Source of the DNA: Eledone cirrhosa
Lineage: Eukaryota
Assembly (NCBI GenBank): GCA_964016885.1
Contig: CAXHJY010000690.1
Location: 29,863-93,862 of the forward strand
Direction of reading: 5' to 3'
DNA: 64,000 bases
Below, in pieces: positions 42,801-56,959 of the stretch. How positions within the stretch are numbered: position 1 is the stretch's first letter; each line of letters begins with the position of its first letter. The position numbers were made by a program, and so were the translations under genes. The notes below the pieces were generated by a model. It was not told where the DNA came from. It was given only the letters and a program-made list of their open reading frames with translations, and made no database searches.

Positions 42801-44329
42801 GAGTAGAAGTGGGAGGAAGAAACAAGTGAGAGGAGAGGCAGAGTGGGAAAAAGAGAGTGAAATAAAACAAGATTGAAAGAAAAAGTATAATTAAGTCAGA
42901 GAAAAACAGTTGTTGCATATGTGTATGAATGCACATGTGCATGCAAGTATTTGTATACATGTAGGGGAGTATTTATGTATTAAAAAGTTCAAATAAAAAA
43001 AAAAAAAGCAATTGTTAGGAATGTTCTCATGGCAATGAATAAATAAAACTCATGACGATATAGTAAATGTAGAAAAACACAGTTTCATTGTGAAATAATC
43101 ACTCCAGATATTTTAGCACCTTATTGTCAAAGAATTTGAAGTTGGTGAAAATTGTCAAAATATTGTCCCCAAATTTGCTCTTTTTACCATTGATTTTTTT
43201 TTGGTCACATTTTTAGAAGAATGAGCTGCTATTTAGGGCTAGAATGGAACTCAGAACATCAAATATGAAAGTAGACTCTTGTAAAACATATTTTGATTCT
43301 GACTCTTAATTCTTTGTGCTAGCTTCAATTTGATAGATAACATTGATATCTCATATTGGTGGTACAAGGCCACACACATTGTAGGGGAAGGGTTATCGTT
43401 GACACTGGGTTAACTGCATAGCTGGTGCATATTTTATCAACAGAAAGTCATATAAAGTTAGCCCTAATAGCATTTGGACTTAGAATGCCAGAGAGAGTGG
43501 GGTGGGGGAAACTACCCGACTATTTCTGTCATTTCGTTTTAATGGTGGTGGTGGTGGTGATTAGCAGGAGGCAATTAAAAAAAAAACAAAAAAACAAAAA
43601 CAATTGCAGTTACAGTTTGATTGCTATTTAAAACTTGTAGCACTAGAGAGCAAATGGTTGGTTACTAGTTGTGCACCTGTGTGGGGTTGATATCATGTAA
43701 ATAAGTAAGATAAGGTTCTGGTATTCTTCAGAGCCAGAAGTAGTAAGTACTTATATGACCTAATAATACCTGAAAATGTAATATATATGTATTTGCTTTG
43801 TGTAAGTTAAGGTAATGTAGAAATAAATATAGGTGATTCTACACACATCTCAACTGAGATGAACTTTTCCTGTGTTGTTACTCTAATAACTTTCTAGTTA
43901 TATGTAAATCTAGACAAGCAGCAAGCATTTGAAGGCCATTTTCTTTCCCCTACTAAAGCTGTGGTTAGTCTTATGAACCCCATGAAGGCTTCATGCTCAT
44001 CATGAGATCCTTTTTGAAGCAATGGTTTATGGCCAGATGCTCTTCCTAGTGCCAACCCTTTTAGTCATCTCTTACAACACACACAGGGAATACCTATTCT
44101 AAATTGGATGCACACAGCATTTTTAACATTAGAAAACTGGTTAACTAATTAGTTAACTGCTTTATTAGTGGTTAAGAATCGGTAGTAATTTGTATTGCTC
44201 ATTAAATCTGTCCAGTGATTCTTTCTTTCGACATTCTAACTCCATGTCCATAGTACCAGAACTGTGATCTCTCGGTGCAGAGAAATAGAGGCTCTACCTG
44301 TAGTGACTTCCTGATCTCCGAGCTACAAA

Positions 44330-44900
44330 CCTTATCAAGTAATGCAGTTAAGTAGCATTCTATCATCTGCAAATACCATCCAACTGATCATACACTTGCT
44401 GGTTTTGATACCATTTCCAACTTGGCTGCAATCCTGTTCATGAAGAATATAACAAGAGAGGTGACAATAAGCACCCTTAGCAGAATCAGACACCCATATT
44501 GAGTGATTTTAACTTAATCTTATTTATCTGAACACAAATACTATGGCATTCATATATGGACTTCAAGGCAACTAGAAGCTGTTTGTCGATCCCATACTCT
44601 TGCAGAACCTTTCACAACAAATCCCTAGGAATGCAGTCGTGTCTGTTTTCATTTCAAAGTCCATGAAACAAGCAAACACCTCTTGGCAATACTCCCACAA
44701 TTTCACGAAGACCTGCTGTGGAGTGAATATTTGATTGCTGTTCTACCTCTTGGGTTAAAGGCACACTGTTAGCTAGCTTGGACTCGACAATATCCCTACA
44801 TCTCTTTGCCAGACACTTAGCATAGACTTACAGGTGAGGCTTAACAAGGAGATTCCTCTATAATTAGAGCAATCTTTTCTGTCTCCCTGTTAAAAATAGT
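44330..44900 (-). mobile_element. Old non-LTR retrotransposon RT relic (RTE-like)
   Basis: Minus-strand fragments IPRDLL.KVLQEYGI..QLL.ALKSIY, .GCLLS, VFADD; many stops. Confidence 0.6.
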
Positions 44901-46888
44901 CACACAGTCAACAATGGCTGTTGATAAGAGACTTTGTGACACATCAATAAATGACACAGTAGACAGACACTAAGGCAAGGCTGTGTTGTTATATATAAGA
45001 GAGCATTGTTTTTCAAAGTCTCCTCTGTTCTCTTTAAAGACAAGACAGGATTTTTCCCAGTAACATGCCAGTAATGATTAATGACTGGTGGGAATGAGCT
45101 TTTAATTACAAAAATTAACACCTATTAATGTACTGCTACTATTAACCATTTCAATACCATATTTCTAATGACTGACATTGCTTATGATTTTGAAATCATT
45201 TTGAACATAATCAAGAATTTAGAGGGATTTAATAATATAACTTTGGCATTATGAAGCTGGTGTTTAAATTATCACTTAAAGGTTCTTATATAAAATTATG
45301 GTGGAAGGTTTTAAGATAAACATAAACATTTAAAAATAAACTGCATTTTATCATAGGACAATGAGCAATTTCAGGTAGTTTTGAAAAGGTATATCATTGA
45401 GCAATACACTTCATTTCATGTTGCTCAAATTCAGTCTTAGTGACTTAAGCCCTTTGATACCAAGTTGCTTGAAACTGCCCTTGGTTTTATCATATGAAAT
45501 TGTTTTAAAGTGTTTATATTTATCTAAACATTTTCTTTCATAATTTTATGTGCTAACTTTTATTAAGCTATGCTTCAAACAATGAATTAATAACATGAAA
45601 GTTATTTGACTAAATTCCCCCAAGTTCTTGATAATTTAAAAAAATTATGTGAAACACACTGACATTATCTTTCATTAAAAATGTGGTAATGAAAGAATTC
45701 ACATCAATGAAACTGAGATAAGCTCCAACCTAACAACCTTCTGGGCTTGGGACAGATTTTAACTTCTTTAAGTTAAAAGTTGTTCAGTCAGTATTTGTTA
45801 GTTCAAATCTTGTGGAGGTCAACTTTGTCTTTCTTCCTTTCAGGGTTGATAAATGATGTACCAGCCCAGGGCGATGAATTGTGTGAGACACCTTTGTAAT
45901 TCCATTTCTGACCACTGTCCATCATTAAAAGTCATCATCACTGTTTAATGTCCATTTTCCATGCTAGCATGGATTAGACGGGTTGTCCTATTTGAGGCAA
46001 GTCGAGGTCAGATGACCATGTTTTTCTCATACAGAGCCAGTTTTTGGCTTGATTTCTATGGCTGGCTGCCCTTAACGCCAACCATATTTACAGTTAATAC
46101 TGGGTGCTTTTTGTCATGACACCTACACGAACACCTTACAAAAATAACAGCTTTATTCCTTATTGTTCACATATTTTTTTCTCATTCTCCTTTCTTTCTC
46201 TTATTTTTTTTTTTATTTGTAAGGTCTCTACTTTCTTATGCCTCATCACTATCTCTCACTCCCTCCCCTTCTCTTCCACTGAGGGAGTGAGAGATAGTGA
46301 TGAGGCATAAGAAAGGAGAGACCTTACACATTTTTTTGCATGCTTCAACACTGATATTCACTTCTCTTCCCTCTACTGCATCTCAGTATTTATATATATA
46401 TGCATGTATGTGATACCCAACAGTTGTACCTGTTACATTGCCCTACATACTAACTACATACATACAGTACTTTAAGCTCCATAAACCACAATTGTCCTCC
46501 CTGTCTGTGTTTCAGTTGAAAACTTTTAGTCACAATAGTCTGGTTAACATAGCTCTATTGATTAATTGGTTGAACACAAACAATCAGTATGTTCTTGTTT
46601 TTTAAATTGTCATTTAAGCAACATCATACCATCTGTGTTCTTTATGGAGTTTCCTCTTTTTTTTCTTAGCCCATAATTAATCATTTATCATTCAGAAGAA
46701 TAGGCATAGGTATGGCTGTATAGTTAAGAAGTTTGCTTTGGAACCATGTGGTTTTGGGTTCAGTCCCAATACACTGATACTCAAATGGGTTGAAATGTTT
46801 AATATATATATATAAAATTCTTTTATCATAATTTTATATAAGAACCTTTGTTCCAAATGTCAGCTTAATAACAAGAAAGTTAGTTACT

Positions 46889-47104
46889 TTAACCCTTTAG
46901 CATTCACATTACTCTATATATACTATTATATTTTCATGGTAAAGGCTTTACTTCACATAATTATCTAGCATAATATTGAATCTGAAATTTTGAAAGTATT
47001 TATTTTGAGAACAATATCTTAACATCAGTTTGAGCAACCAGTTACAGCCAGTTTCAACAGAAAGAGGGAGAGAATTCTGGCCGGTTTGAACATTAAAGGG
47101 TTAA
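46889..47104. mobile_element. piggyBac-type MITE, family A
   Basis: TTAA-CCCTTTAG ... TAAAGGG-TTAA; shared internal sequence. Confidence 0.85.
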
Positions 47105-49319
47105 TAATAATAATAATAATAATGAGGTGAGGGTGTTTTTGTGTGTGTGTGTGTGTGTGAGAGAGATGGGGGAGTAAGGAGAGGAGGTGTGGGTGATAGG
47201 GGAAGAATGGTATGAATGAGATGGAGGATAGTATATGTGAGAGAGGTGTAGTGGAGAGTGTATGAGAGAGAGACGAGATGGGTTGCATTTGTGAGAGAGA
47301 AACTGGATTCTTGATTTCTTAAGTTAAATTAAACTGATAATGTATTTCATTAGAAATATGGCCATGAAATAGTTTAAACAAAAGTATGTGAATAGTACAT
47401 TGATTACTCTTTGTTTGGCTGGGTTGGTCTTGGTGAATTTATTTACAGCTGACTGAATAGTGTTGAAGAAACTGGTAAAATACTTGACCTGAAAAATTCT
47501 TTGGAAAAGATTGTGAAATTTACTAGAGAACCATTTTCTGTTTGATGTTGTTTGTGTAGGAAATGGAAGAAGAAAATTTATATTTTACTTTTGGAATTCA
47601 GAATCATCATCACCATCATCACCTGTTTGTTGTATTGCTAGGATCTAATCTGTATTATTGGTGTTACAACAGCTTGTAGGGAGAGGAGGGGGCATATGGT
47701 GTATGTGTGAGAGAAGGGAAGAGGGGAGTTCTTGAGAGGAAGGAGAAGTTGTGTGTTTGAGAGAAAGCGGGAGAGAGGTGTATGAGAGATTAGAAAGGGA
47801 AGTATTCGTGTGTACGAGACAGATAGAGGGGAAAATGGTGTGTATGTTGGAGCGAGGGGTGAATGAAAGAGAGCTGTGGTCAATCTTGTCTCATAGATAT
47901 CATAGGACTAAAATAATTTACAGTAATTTAGTTTTGATTACCTGACATTTCATGACACCTGAAGTCAGCTATAACACACTTTTACTGAAGGAACGATGAT
48001 GATGATTGGTGGCCGATAATGTTTTGGTCATCATTGCAATCATTCATCCTCTTCATTTCTCAGCAAGGAGTCCCCATCATCTGTGACCATGGGTTATTCA
48101 CTGTCATTATTGTTTCTTCAGTAAAAGTTTGCTGTGCTCTGTCTATCATCTTTTTTTTTCCCACTACTCGGTCAAAGTTACTGCAGCTAATGTTAAAATG
48201 AAAATTGTCGTTACATGCAAATTTTTTTTCCTGACCAGTTCAATTGGGTTTTACTCTTCCCCTCTTCCTCTGAATCAATGAGACAACCATCCGATACACA
48301 CACTCACACACTTGCATATACACTCATTCACACACACACTCCTCTCACAGGTATACAAACTCACATACACGTGCATACACTCACTCACTTCCTCCTGTAG
48401 AAAAACAGTTTATTGTTTATATTCAATTTCAATGATACTCAGCCAAATATATAGTTGTGTGTGTGTAATATATATATATGTGTGTGTGTGTGTGTTGTAT
48501 AGATGTGTGTGGTGTTAGTCAAATAGCATTATTTATATTACAGTTCACAATATGAACATTATAAAATAAAATAATTTTCAAGATTTCAACTAAAAGTTAA
48601 AAACATTACTTGGTATGCTAAAAATTACATTAGTTTCAAATGAGTGCATGATGGTAAATGGTCAAATTTGATGCTGAGTTGACTTGACTACAGTAAAGTA
48701 TGACACAGGTAATATTTATTTTAATGTTTCAAACCATTTGCTCATATATTCAACTATTATTGGGGGGGGGGGGGGGGGGGGGGGTATATCATTTTCTCAT
48801 CTCACAAAGAAAGTGTGTGTGTCCATTAATTGCCAGCTGATAATTTCAACCACCATAGTTGGCAGTTTCCATTTTTCTGCTATTAATCAATGTGTCTGTG
48901 TGTGTGAATGTGGTTGCACTCATGGTTGTGTGCACATTGTGTGTGTGTGTGAATGTGGTGGTTGTACACATGGTTTCGTGTGAATGTGGTTATGTGTGGT
49001 GGTGTGTGTGTGTGTGTGTTTGCATGCAGTTGTGTGTGTATGTATGTGTGTTGTTTATTCAATCTATGAAGGTCATGAAAATAATTTCATCTTAATCATT
49101 TATCATTTAAACATCTGAAACATTATTTTAGTTCCTTTTCTACACATTCACACACACAGTTGATAATGTTCCATTTTTAATTTAACCCTGCATTGATTAC
49201 TGTTTTCAGGTTTTTGTAAAACTACATTCTGTATTTTTTTTCTTGCTGCACATTGGGAGACAGGTCTTCTGTATTACTGCATAACATCAGAGATCTTGAT
49301 CCTGTGTCATTGCCTTTGA

Positions 49320-49580
49320 GAGGTGCAATTGTGCAAAGTCAGCTTTTGTCACCTCATCCCAAGTCTTCCTATTCCATAGCTTCCATCAACTTTGAGCACA
49401 CTGCACCTGTCATCCTTCATATGCATCACATGTCTATACCACTGCAATTTCTTCTCCTGTACACTACCTTTGATCCGTCTTATGCCCAGTTTCTCTCTCA
49501 GTTGATTTATGATGTTATGTTCATGTATTACACATCTATGGGAGCATGCAAAGCTTAATTTCTTTCCAATTGTGGAGCAT
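49320..49580 (-). mobile_element. Degenerate RTE 3' fragment
   Basis: GCATCACATGTCTATACCAC motif shared with RTE copies at 3137 and 7360. Confidence 0.6.
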
Positions 49581-51039
49581 ATGCAGATATAATAGTTACA
49601 GTTGTTCTACTTAAGACCATCCTGAGTTTAATGATTGTCATTAACTCTGTTTACTGTGATTACCCATTTTTCTGGTCACAGAATACCTACTCCACGTAGC
49701 CCATAATCATTACCAACCCTGAAAATTTTGTAACATCATTCTTTACCCACAAGAAGTCTAGCTGATCCTCCTCTCCAGCTAGTCTCTTGTACACAACACA
49801 CATTTACTCTCTTACACTCTAACATCTCTGCGATCTCACCTGATCTTCCTCGCATGGTGCCTATCTGAAATTGCATCTGTGTCTGGGTCATATGTCATGA
49901 CTTTTATTTTAATACAGGATTGCAGATTTAATGAAATTAAAAAGAAATTTCAGAGCACTTAAGTCACCCAAGATAGACTAAAGAGCCAGAGGTTCTTAAC
50001 CCTTGGCCTATGTCAACTGCCCCTCCCTTCCTGTCTGTAACACGTGTTTAAAACATATGCCAGTGGTTTGTTTGGTTTGTTCGGAGAAGTACGGTTAAAC
50101 ATTAACCACTGAAGAAAGTATAGAGCCAGACCGTGGTTTCTGGGTTATTAATGTATGTCCTACTGTTGTCTCTTGAGTGAAGCAATTAGTTCTACTTTAT
50201 GCAGAGACAGAGAGATAGTTGGAGAGAAAGAGAGAGGGAGTGCATGTGTGTGTGTTTTAGAGAAATAGATAGATAAGGAGCGAGAGAGATAGTGTGTGTG
50301 TGTGTGTGTGAGAGAGAGAAATAGAGAGAGAGATGGCCCTCTGCCATTTTATAACAAGAGTAATGACTTGTCTAAGTATGTCAGTGATATTAAATGAATG
50401 AATGTGAAGGTTTTTAAACTAAGTATTTTTAGCAGGCATGATTTTGTGGTTAGGAAGTTTGTATTGTCAAATATGACACAGCACCCCAGTCTAACAATTA
50501 CTCCAATTTACTTCTCTGAACTGCTACTTTATTTTATTGACTCTGAAAAAATGAAAGGGAATGTTGGCCTCAGATGGATTTGAACTCAAGAGAGCAAAGA
50601 TAGTGACCAGAGAGATCATCCAAACATAGAAAATATGCCAAAAAAAACTGGGCTTCTGGGTAAGACTGACACATCCAAGTGGGGGCTGTAAGAATTGACT
50701 TGGACTTTAACAAGCCTGTCCAACTTATACCCACATGGAAAGCTGACATAAAATGATGATGATGATGATGCTGATTTAATAATCTGTGATCATATGTACT
50801 ATTAAAGTGAAAGGTCAATAGGTCTATATAGCAGTAGAGCTAAAACATGGCTATTGAATAGTAATACCTGTTGCTTGAAAAGGTCAAGGAATCAATCATT
50901 TGATCATCATAAAGTATGACCCACCACCAACATTCTAACCCCCACCCATTAACTTTGTTGAAATATTCTTATTTATTACATGAAACACTTAATTTAACTG
51001 ATGATGCTTTTTGAATTATTATGATGATGATGATAAATA

Positions 51040-51392
51040 ATCATGGTTTCTGATTTAGGCATAAGACCAACAATTTTAGGGGAGAGGAAAGTCAATTAAA
51101 TTGAGCTTGGTGGGGTTTGAACTCATAATGTAAAGAGCTGAAACAAATACCGCAAAGGATTCTGTCCATTGCTCTAATGATTTTGTCAATCCACTACCCT
51201 AATAATAATTGTTTCTACTTTTGGCACAAATCCAGCAAACACCCAGTGTATTACTGGTACTTTATTTTATCGACCCCGTAAGGATGAAAGGCAAAGTTAA
51301 CCTCGGCGGGATTTGAACTCAGACCGTAAAGGGACGTAACTTTATGCTTCAAAGCATGGTGTCCGACTCTCTACCGATACTGCCAACCCACC
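51040..51392 (-). mobile_element. Two tandem SINE copies (same family) upstream of the 51585 exon
   Basis: B-box-like GAGTTCAAATCC on the minus strand, core motif as above, (TAA)n spacer. Confidence 0.8.
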
Positions 51393-51584
51393 CTAATAAT
51401 AATGATGATAATTTCTGACAGACACAACTGGAGCTGATGAAATAAAGTATCAGTCAAATACTGGGTATGATTGAATCAACTATTTCCTCCCTCAAATTTC
51501 TGGCCTTGTGTCTATGTTAGCAACTATTATATGTTGATAACTTATTGTTATAATCTATTAATGCCAACTTTCTCTCTTTCACAG

Positions 51585-51671
51585 GCACATATGAAGTTTC
51601 CTTCAGATTATCCTTATTCTCCTCCTAGTGTTCAGTTCAAATCAAGAATGTGGCATCCAAATGTTTATGAG
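51585..51671 (+). CDS. CDC34: CDC34/UBE2R ubiquitin-conjugating enzyme E2, internal coding exon (87 nt; AHMKFPSDYPYSPPSVQFKSRMWHPNVYE)
   Basis: Polypyrimidine tract + acag acceptor, gtttgt donor; E2 core motifs FPxDYPYSPP and WHPN; phase 0/0, joins the next exon in frame. Confidence 0.95.
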
Positions 51672-52693
51672 GTTTGTAGCAACAAATACACTTCTACATC
51701 TCCATTGTCTTTATAAATGAATGTTTGTTTTATTTACTTATTGTATGTACTTGTGTAAAAGTTGGAGTTTTTAGACAAGATTCTGGGGCTAAATTTCAAG
51801 AAGCAATTATTCCAAAGATATTACTTTTGAGTATGCCTGTTGCCAGGGAAAGTGGGCAGTAAATGATGATGATATGTATGTTTGTAAATATACGTATGTA
51901 TGTATGTGCATATATATATATATATATATGCATATGTGTATGTGTCTATAAATATACTCTATGATCTGTATGCTTAAACCTTTTTGATACTAAACTGCAT
52001 GAGACTGGCCCTGATCTGCAATACACAACCATTTTAAAGTGTATATATTTATTAAAAACTTCTCAGATATGTTACAAAATCCCTCAAAAATCACAGTCAG
52101 TCCCTTTCATAAGAAATATGGTAATGAAAGAATAACATATATATATATCCAAAAAATTTCCATCATAATTTTATGTAAGATCATTTATTAAGTTAGGTTC
52201 TAAGCACCAGGCCTACCACTAAAAAATTGTTACAAAATCCCTTCAAATTCTTCATTTCAAAATGATTTGAAAATGATAGGCAGTGACTTTCTTTCATTAG
52301 AAATACTAGCAGAAAAACCACCCTTTGGGTGGTTTTCTGCTAGCATGTATAGTGTGTATATTGATATTATATGCAAGTATATATACATGTAATGATACGT
52401 CAAATAAAATCGTAATTGATAATATACACAGAAATTGAACGAAGACTGTTACACTCTCTTATGTAATCAGTAACGTAATCCATGATACATTAAAAAAAGA
52501 CGATATTATATATAAACTGCATTAGGAGAAAATTAGTGACAGAAAATTAATGTTTATTTAAGCGATTGCTACCGGAAGTGTTGACATTTGAAAATTTTAA
52601 AGAACTGAATCATGAAATAAATAATAAAATATATTTAATGAACAGCCACGAAATTTAGTAGATAAATTATGTAATATTCATTCATGGCTATAT

Positions 52694-52870
52694 TGGTAGA
52701 GGGTCGGATGCCATGCTTTGACGTATAGAGTAACGGCCCTTGCCATTCTGAGTTCAAATCCCGCCAAGATTAACTTTGCCTTTCACCCTTATGGGGTCGA
52801 TAAAATAAAATAAAGCACCAGTAATACACTGGGTAATTGCTGGCCTTGTGCCTAACGTAGAAACAATTAT
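52694..52870 (+). mobile_element. SINE (same family)
   Basis: CTGAGTTCAAATCCCGCC B-box, core TTTGCCTTTCACCCTT..GGGGTCGATAAAAT, tail GGCCTTGTGCCTAA..TAGAAACAATTATT. Confidence 0.85.
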
Positions 52871-53559
52871 TTATTCAAAGTAATTCAACTTATTTTACAA
52901 ACGGGATAAAAAAAAATAAACCTTACGCAGTCCCGCAGACCTTCATTTATTATAGTTTAGATAGTAAAATTTCTAAAAACATCAAATCTTGTTCTAATTT
53001 ATATTTATGGAATGTCTCCATATTTCAGGGTAATGTTGTTTTAGAAGGGAAAAAAAAACATTTTTAATCATGGTGGGGAGGTGTTTCTTATCTTATTTGT
53101 CACTGCATTTCTCTTGACTGTTGCTTTTACTTCTCCTCCTCCCCGCTCTAAACCCCTACTCCCACACCACACCCTGCCCTGCCAGAATCGATGGAATGTT
53201 ATTCATTCAGTCGTTTGTTTACATTATTTTAGTTACTCCTTTCCTTATTATTATTGTTGTTGTTATTGTTATTATTCAAGTACTTGGACTGATGTAATCT
53301 TTCCCCCACCCTAAAAAAATTGCCAGCCTTATGCCTAAGTTAAACCCATCCTTGAGGTCAACTTTTCCATACATCCTTCTTGAGCTGATAAAATACTAGT
53401 CAAATACTCATGTTAATATGATGTCCCACACCCCACAAAAAATATATATACTGATCTGGTGTCTGAGTGAGAAACCATTATCATTCATAATGCTTTTATT
53501 TTGGCAGATGTTATACTGACACTATACCAAAAGAGTGAACCATAGCCAATGGCCAAAGA

Positions 53560-54320
53560 TCCTTTGGGTCATTCTTTCTCCTTCAACTTTCTAACACCCT
53601 CCTTAGAATCCTTGCTGTTCCTAGTAAGGCTGTTTTCTGCAATAATCCCATCCTGATGGTAATCCCTAACTTCTCAAGCCATGCATCTGATATTTTATTA
53701 ACTGCTCCCAATGGGCCAACCAGAATCAGTACCACTTCTGTGTGTCTGATTCTCCATAGTTACCTGATTCCTCTCTTCAGCTCCTGATGTTTCTCAACTC
53801 TCTCACTTTCCTTCTCATTCAGCCTGTGGTCTTAGGGTCAAGCAATATCCACAATAATTGCCTTATTCTTCTTTTCTACGCCAACAACGTCAGGTTTTCT
53901 AGCCACAATATAAATGGTTGCGTCAATCTCTCCTTTGAATTCTTTATATACCATGCCAGATTAATTTCTTGAGATTTCACACACATTTCACGGCTAATGA
54001 GACCTCATCTTCCTCTCTGTCTTGATAGATACAACCTGTCCACGTCACTTTAGAGGTGTAGAGCCCTCTTGTAGTGTCATCATTTTCCTGGTCTTTCTAT
54101 CAAGCTCCTTAAGTTCTTTACCTCTCCACTCTATCACACCAGCGCTATACCTTAGAGCTGCAACAGCCCATGTGTTGATAGCCAGTACCTTATTCTAAAG
54201 TTGTCAACTGCATTTCTTTTGCTGGGGTCCTTCAAACACAATATTGTTCTCCCATTCAAGATCTTATTCTGTTGTTCAGTAATTCTCCCACGAAAGGCTT
54301 TCAGCTTTTTCAACCAGAAT
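53560..54320 (-). mobile_element. R4/Dong-type non-LTR retrotransposon relic (restriction-like endonuclease), heavily deleted
   Basis: Minus-strand fragments [19 protein letters not shown]...ELDRKTRKMM, SDVDRLYLSR..G..GLI, RKPDV....KAIIVDIA.P (PD..D nuclease); adjacent (TAA)-type repeats. Confidence 0.7.
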
Positions 54321-55139
54321 CATTATTATTGTTGTTGTTATTATTATCTATTATATTAAAACTCGTGTTTCTGTGATGTCTAAAAGTCTGCTTTGCTGGA
54401 AAGTGGGTGGTAAGCATGTGAAAGAGAATTTGTGCAGAGGGTAGATGGGGATGGCTACTGCAATTTAAAAGTTTTTTTTAACTCTAGGCTGTATATAACA
54501 AGTTTTGAGAAGAAGATGGTAACAGTGTATGTATGTTTGCGTGTGTATATATATATATATATATATAAATAACACTTAAAATGTCATATTGTTCTTTAAT
54601 ACTTGGTGGTTGTTTCTAATTAAAATGTTGAATTTCCATGGAGTGAGTATTATTATTGTTGTTGTTGTTCTAGACCTGAAACATCTGACATTACCATTTC
54701 CACACAGTTTAGTCTGTCATGTATACTGCTTCTATTGGGAACAAATATTTCTTGGCTATGAAGTAACATTTGAAAAGATAGCATTGTTGTCGGTTTTGGT
54801 GGTGGTGTTGGTGTTGTTGTTGGCAACATTAGTACTGCTGTTGTTGTTCATGTTGTTTTGGTGTGTGGAAGTAAAGCCCCTAAAAGGTGTAGTCAATTTA
54901 ATGGATACCAGTACATGGCAGGTACTTATTTCAGCATCAGTGCAAGGATAAAATGCAAAGTCTATCAGTAGGATTTGGACTAAAAAAAGTAGAGACATAA
55001 CTAAGCATCATCATCATCATCATCGTTTATACATCCATTTTTCCATATTTGCATCTGCAAGATAATTTAATAATGTGACTGTAGTTTCCTAAATCTACCT
55101 GTATGTTCAATTTTGTTTTATTTTGTGTTTTTGTTATAG

Positions 55140-55237
55140 AATGGAGATGTTTGTATATCTATATTACACCCTCCTGTTGATGATCCACAAAGTGGTGAGT
55201 TACCTTCTGAAAGATGGAATCCAACACAGAACGTCCG
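55140..55237 (+). CDS. CDC34: CDC34/UBE2R coding exon (98 nt; [33 protein letters not shown]) with catalytic Cys and acidic loop
   Basis: ttatag acceptor, gtaagt donor; catalytic Cys codon TGT at 55152-55154; the acidic loop insertion [14 protein letters not shown] is typical of the Cdc34/Ube2g class. Confidence 0.97.
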
Positions 55238-55244
55238 GTAAGTA

Positions 55245-55279
<35 letters not shown>

Positions 55280-56429
55280 TGTGGGAGAGAGGGAAATGAA
55301 GGCTGCTTGTGTGTGTGCGAGAGGGAGGGCACATTTGTGTGTGTATGTGAGAGGGGGCTTGTGCATGTGTTTGTGTGAGAGAGGGATCTTGTGTGTGTTT
55401 GTATTTGCTTGAATTGACTAATTAACCAACTACTTTCATCATCATTATGCTTACATCCCAGGGGACACACTAAGCAAGATAGTTAGATAACAACCATGAA
55501 CTGGGCTGGTCTCACTTGGCGATCAAGGCAGATCAATTGGAGACAGTTCTGACAGAACCTGCTGGAAGGCATGCTTGAGGACTCTACCCCCATGTGGGCA
55601 AAGAGAAAGTGTTCCAGTTGTTCAATCAACTGAGCTAGCTACTTATTGAATTACTTTGTGTGACTATTTCACAGACACGTGTTTCCTGAACTTAATCCTT
55701 GGGCAGAATTTGCATGAGGCAGTGTGTAACAAGGCTTGATTTTTTAATATAAGTGGCTGAGTATTCCACACACACATGGACATGTAATAATTCGGGTAAA
55801 ATCAATGTGACATAGTATATAGCACGGCTGCACCTTTGGATCACAGTTACAATCTGTTCGACAGGCCTCCACACAGTTTTTATATATACAAGGTTTTAAT
55901 TAACCTTGGGATATGACACTACTTGACCAAGATGACACACAACAGAATTGAACCTGAGTCCATTTACTGATGGGATAGACTATTGGATATTTCTAGTCAT
56001 GTTGTTCTCATCTTTAATATGGATCATGTTGGTCTGACATTGAGGGGGCCAATGTTCCAATAGCTGTGTAATGAGAGGAAAGGGAAGATGAGACATGTTT
56101 GGTGCCTACATATAACCTTTCTCACCACCTTTTCCACTAGCTTGTGTACACATCTTGTATGTGAAGAGGAAAGAAGTATAAATAGCTATGTTTGATTTGT
56201 GGTTTAAACAAATTCCTCTCTTTGCAAAATTGATTTATGGATATAAGGACGTGCACAAGACACTTGTTTCGAAAGTTTTTTTTTTTTAGTCTTTTGAAGA
56301 GAAATAGAAATAGAGAGACGGAGGGAGATTGTGTATTGTTGTTATCCCCCAGATGGTAGCTGGTGTATCGACAGTAAAGGAACTATTGTATTATGATATG
56401 CTGAAGTGTTTTTTTGTTGTGTATTTCAG

Positions 56430-56564
56430 AACAATTCTCCTAAGTATAATTTCCTTATTGAATGAACCGAACACATATTCCCCAGCTAATGTAGATGCTT
56501 CAGTGATGTATCGCAAATGGAGAGACTCCAGAGGGCGAGATAAAGAATATGAAAATATTATCAG
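56430..56564 (+). CDS. CDC34: CDC34/UBE2R coding exon (135 nt; TILLSIISLLNEPNTYSPANVDASVMYRKWRDSRGRDKEYENII-R)
   Basis: tttcag acceptor, gtaaac donor; phase 2/2 matches the neighbouring exons; peptide closely resembles the recalled vertebrate CDC34/UBE2R2 sequence. Confidence 0.97.
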
Positions 56565-56959
56565 GTAAACAAAAAAAAAAAAATCATTGTTGTTGTAAAC
56601 AAAACAGTTGACTTAGGTAGCATTGGGAAAAATTAGTCAATCATTATAAATACTAGTTTAGAAAATCAGGCAAAGTATCACATAGATATAAAAGGTAGAC
56701 ATGGTCGCCTACACTCATCTTTTCCATCTCCAGGGGTATTTTACCCAATTTTCTCAACTGTTTATTTATAGTGATTGTCTATAATCGTGGTCAGTTCTGT
56801 TTGGATGTTCCCATCTCCCAAATTCACTGACATGTTGTTGGTTTGTCTGGGGCTGTAGTAGAAGGTTGCCCAAACTATATAGTTCTGAAGCAAACTTCTT
56901 AATCAGACAGCCATGCTTTACTTCAAAATTTATGACCTGTATTTAGTCAGAAGTCATTA

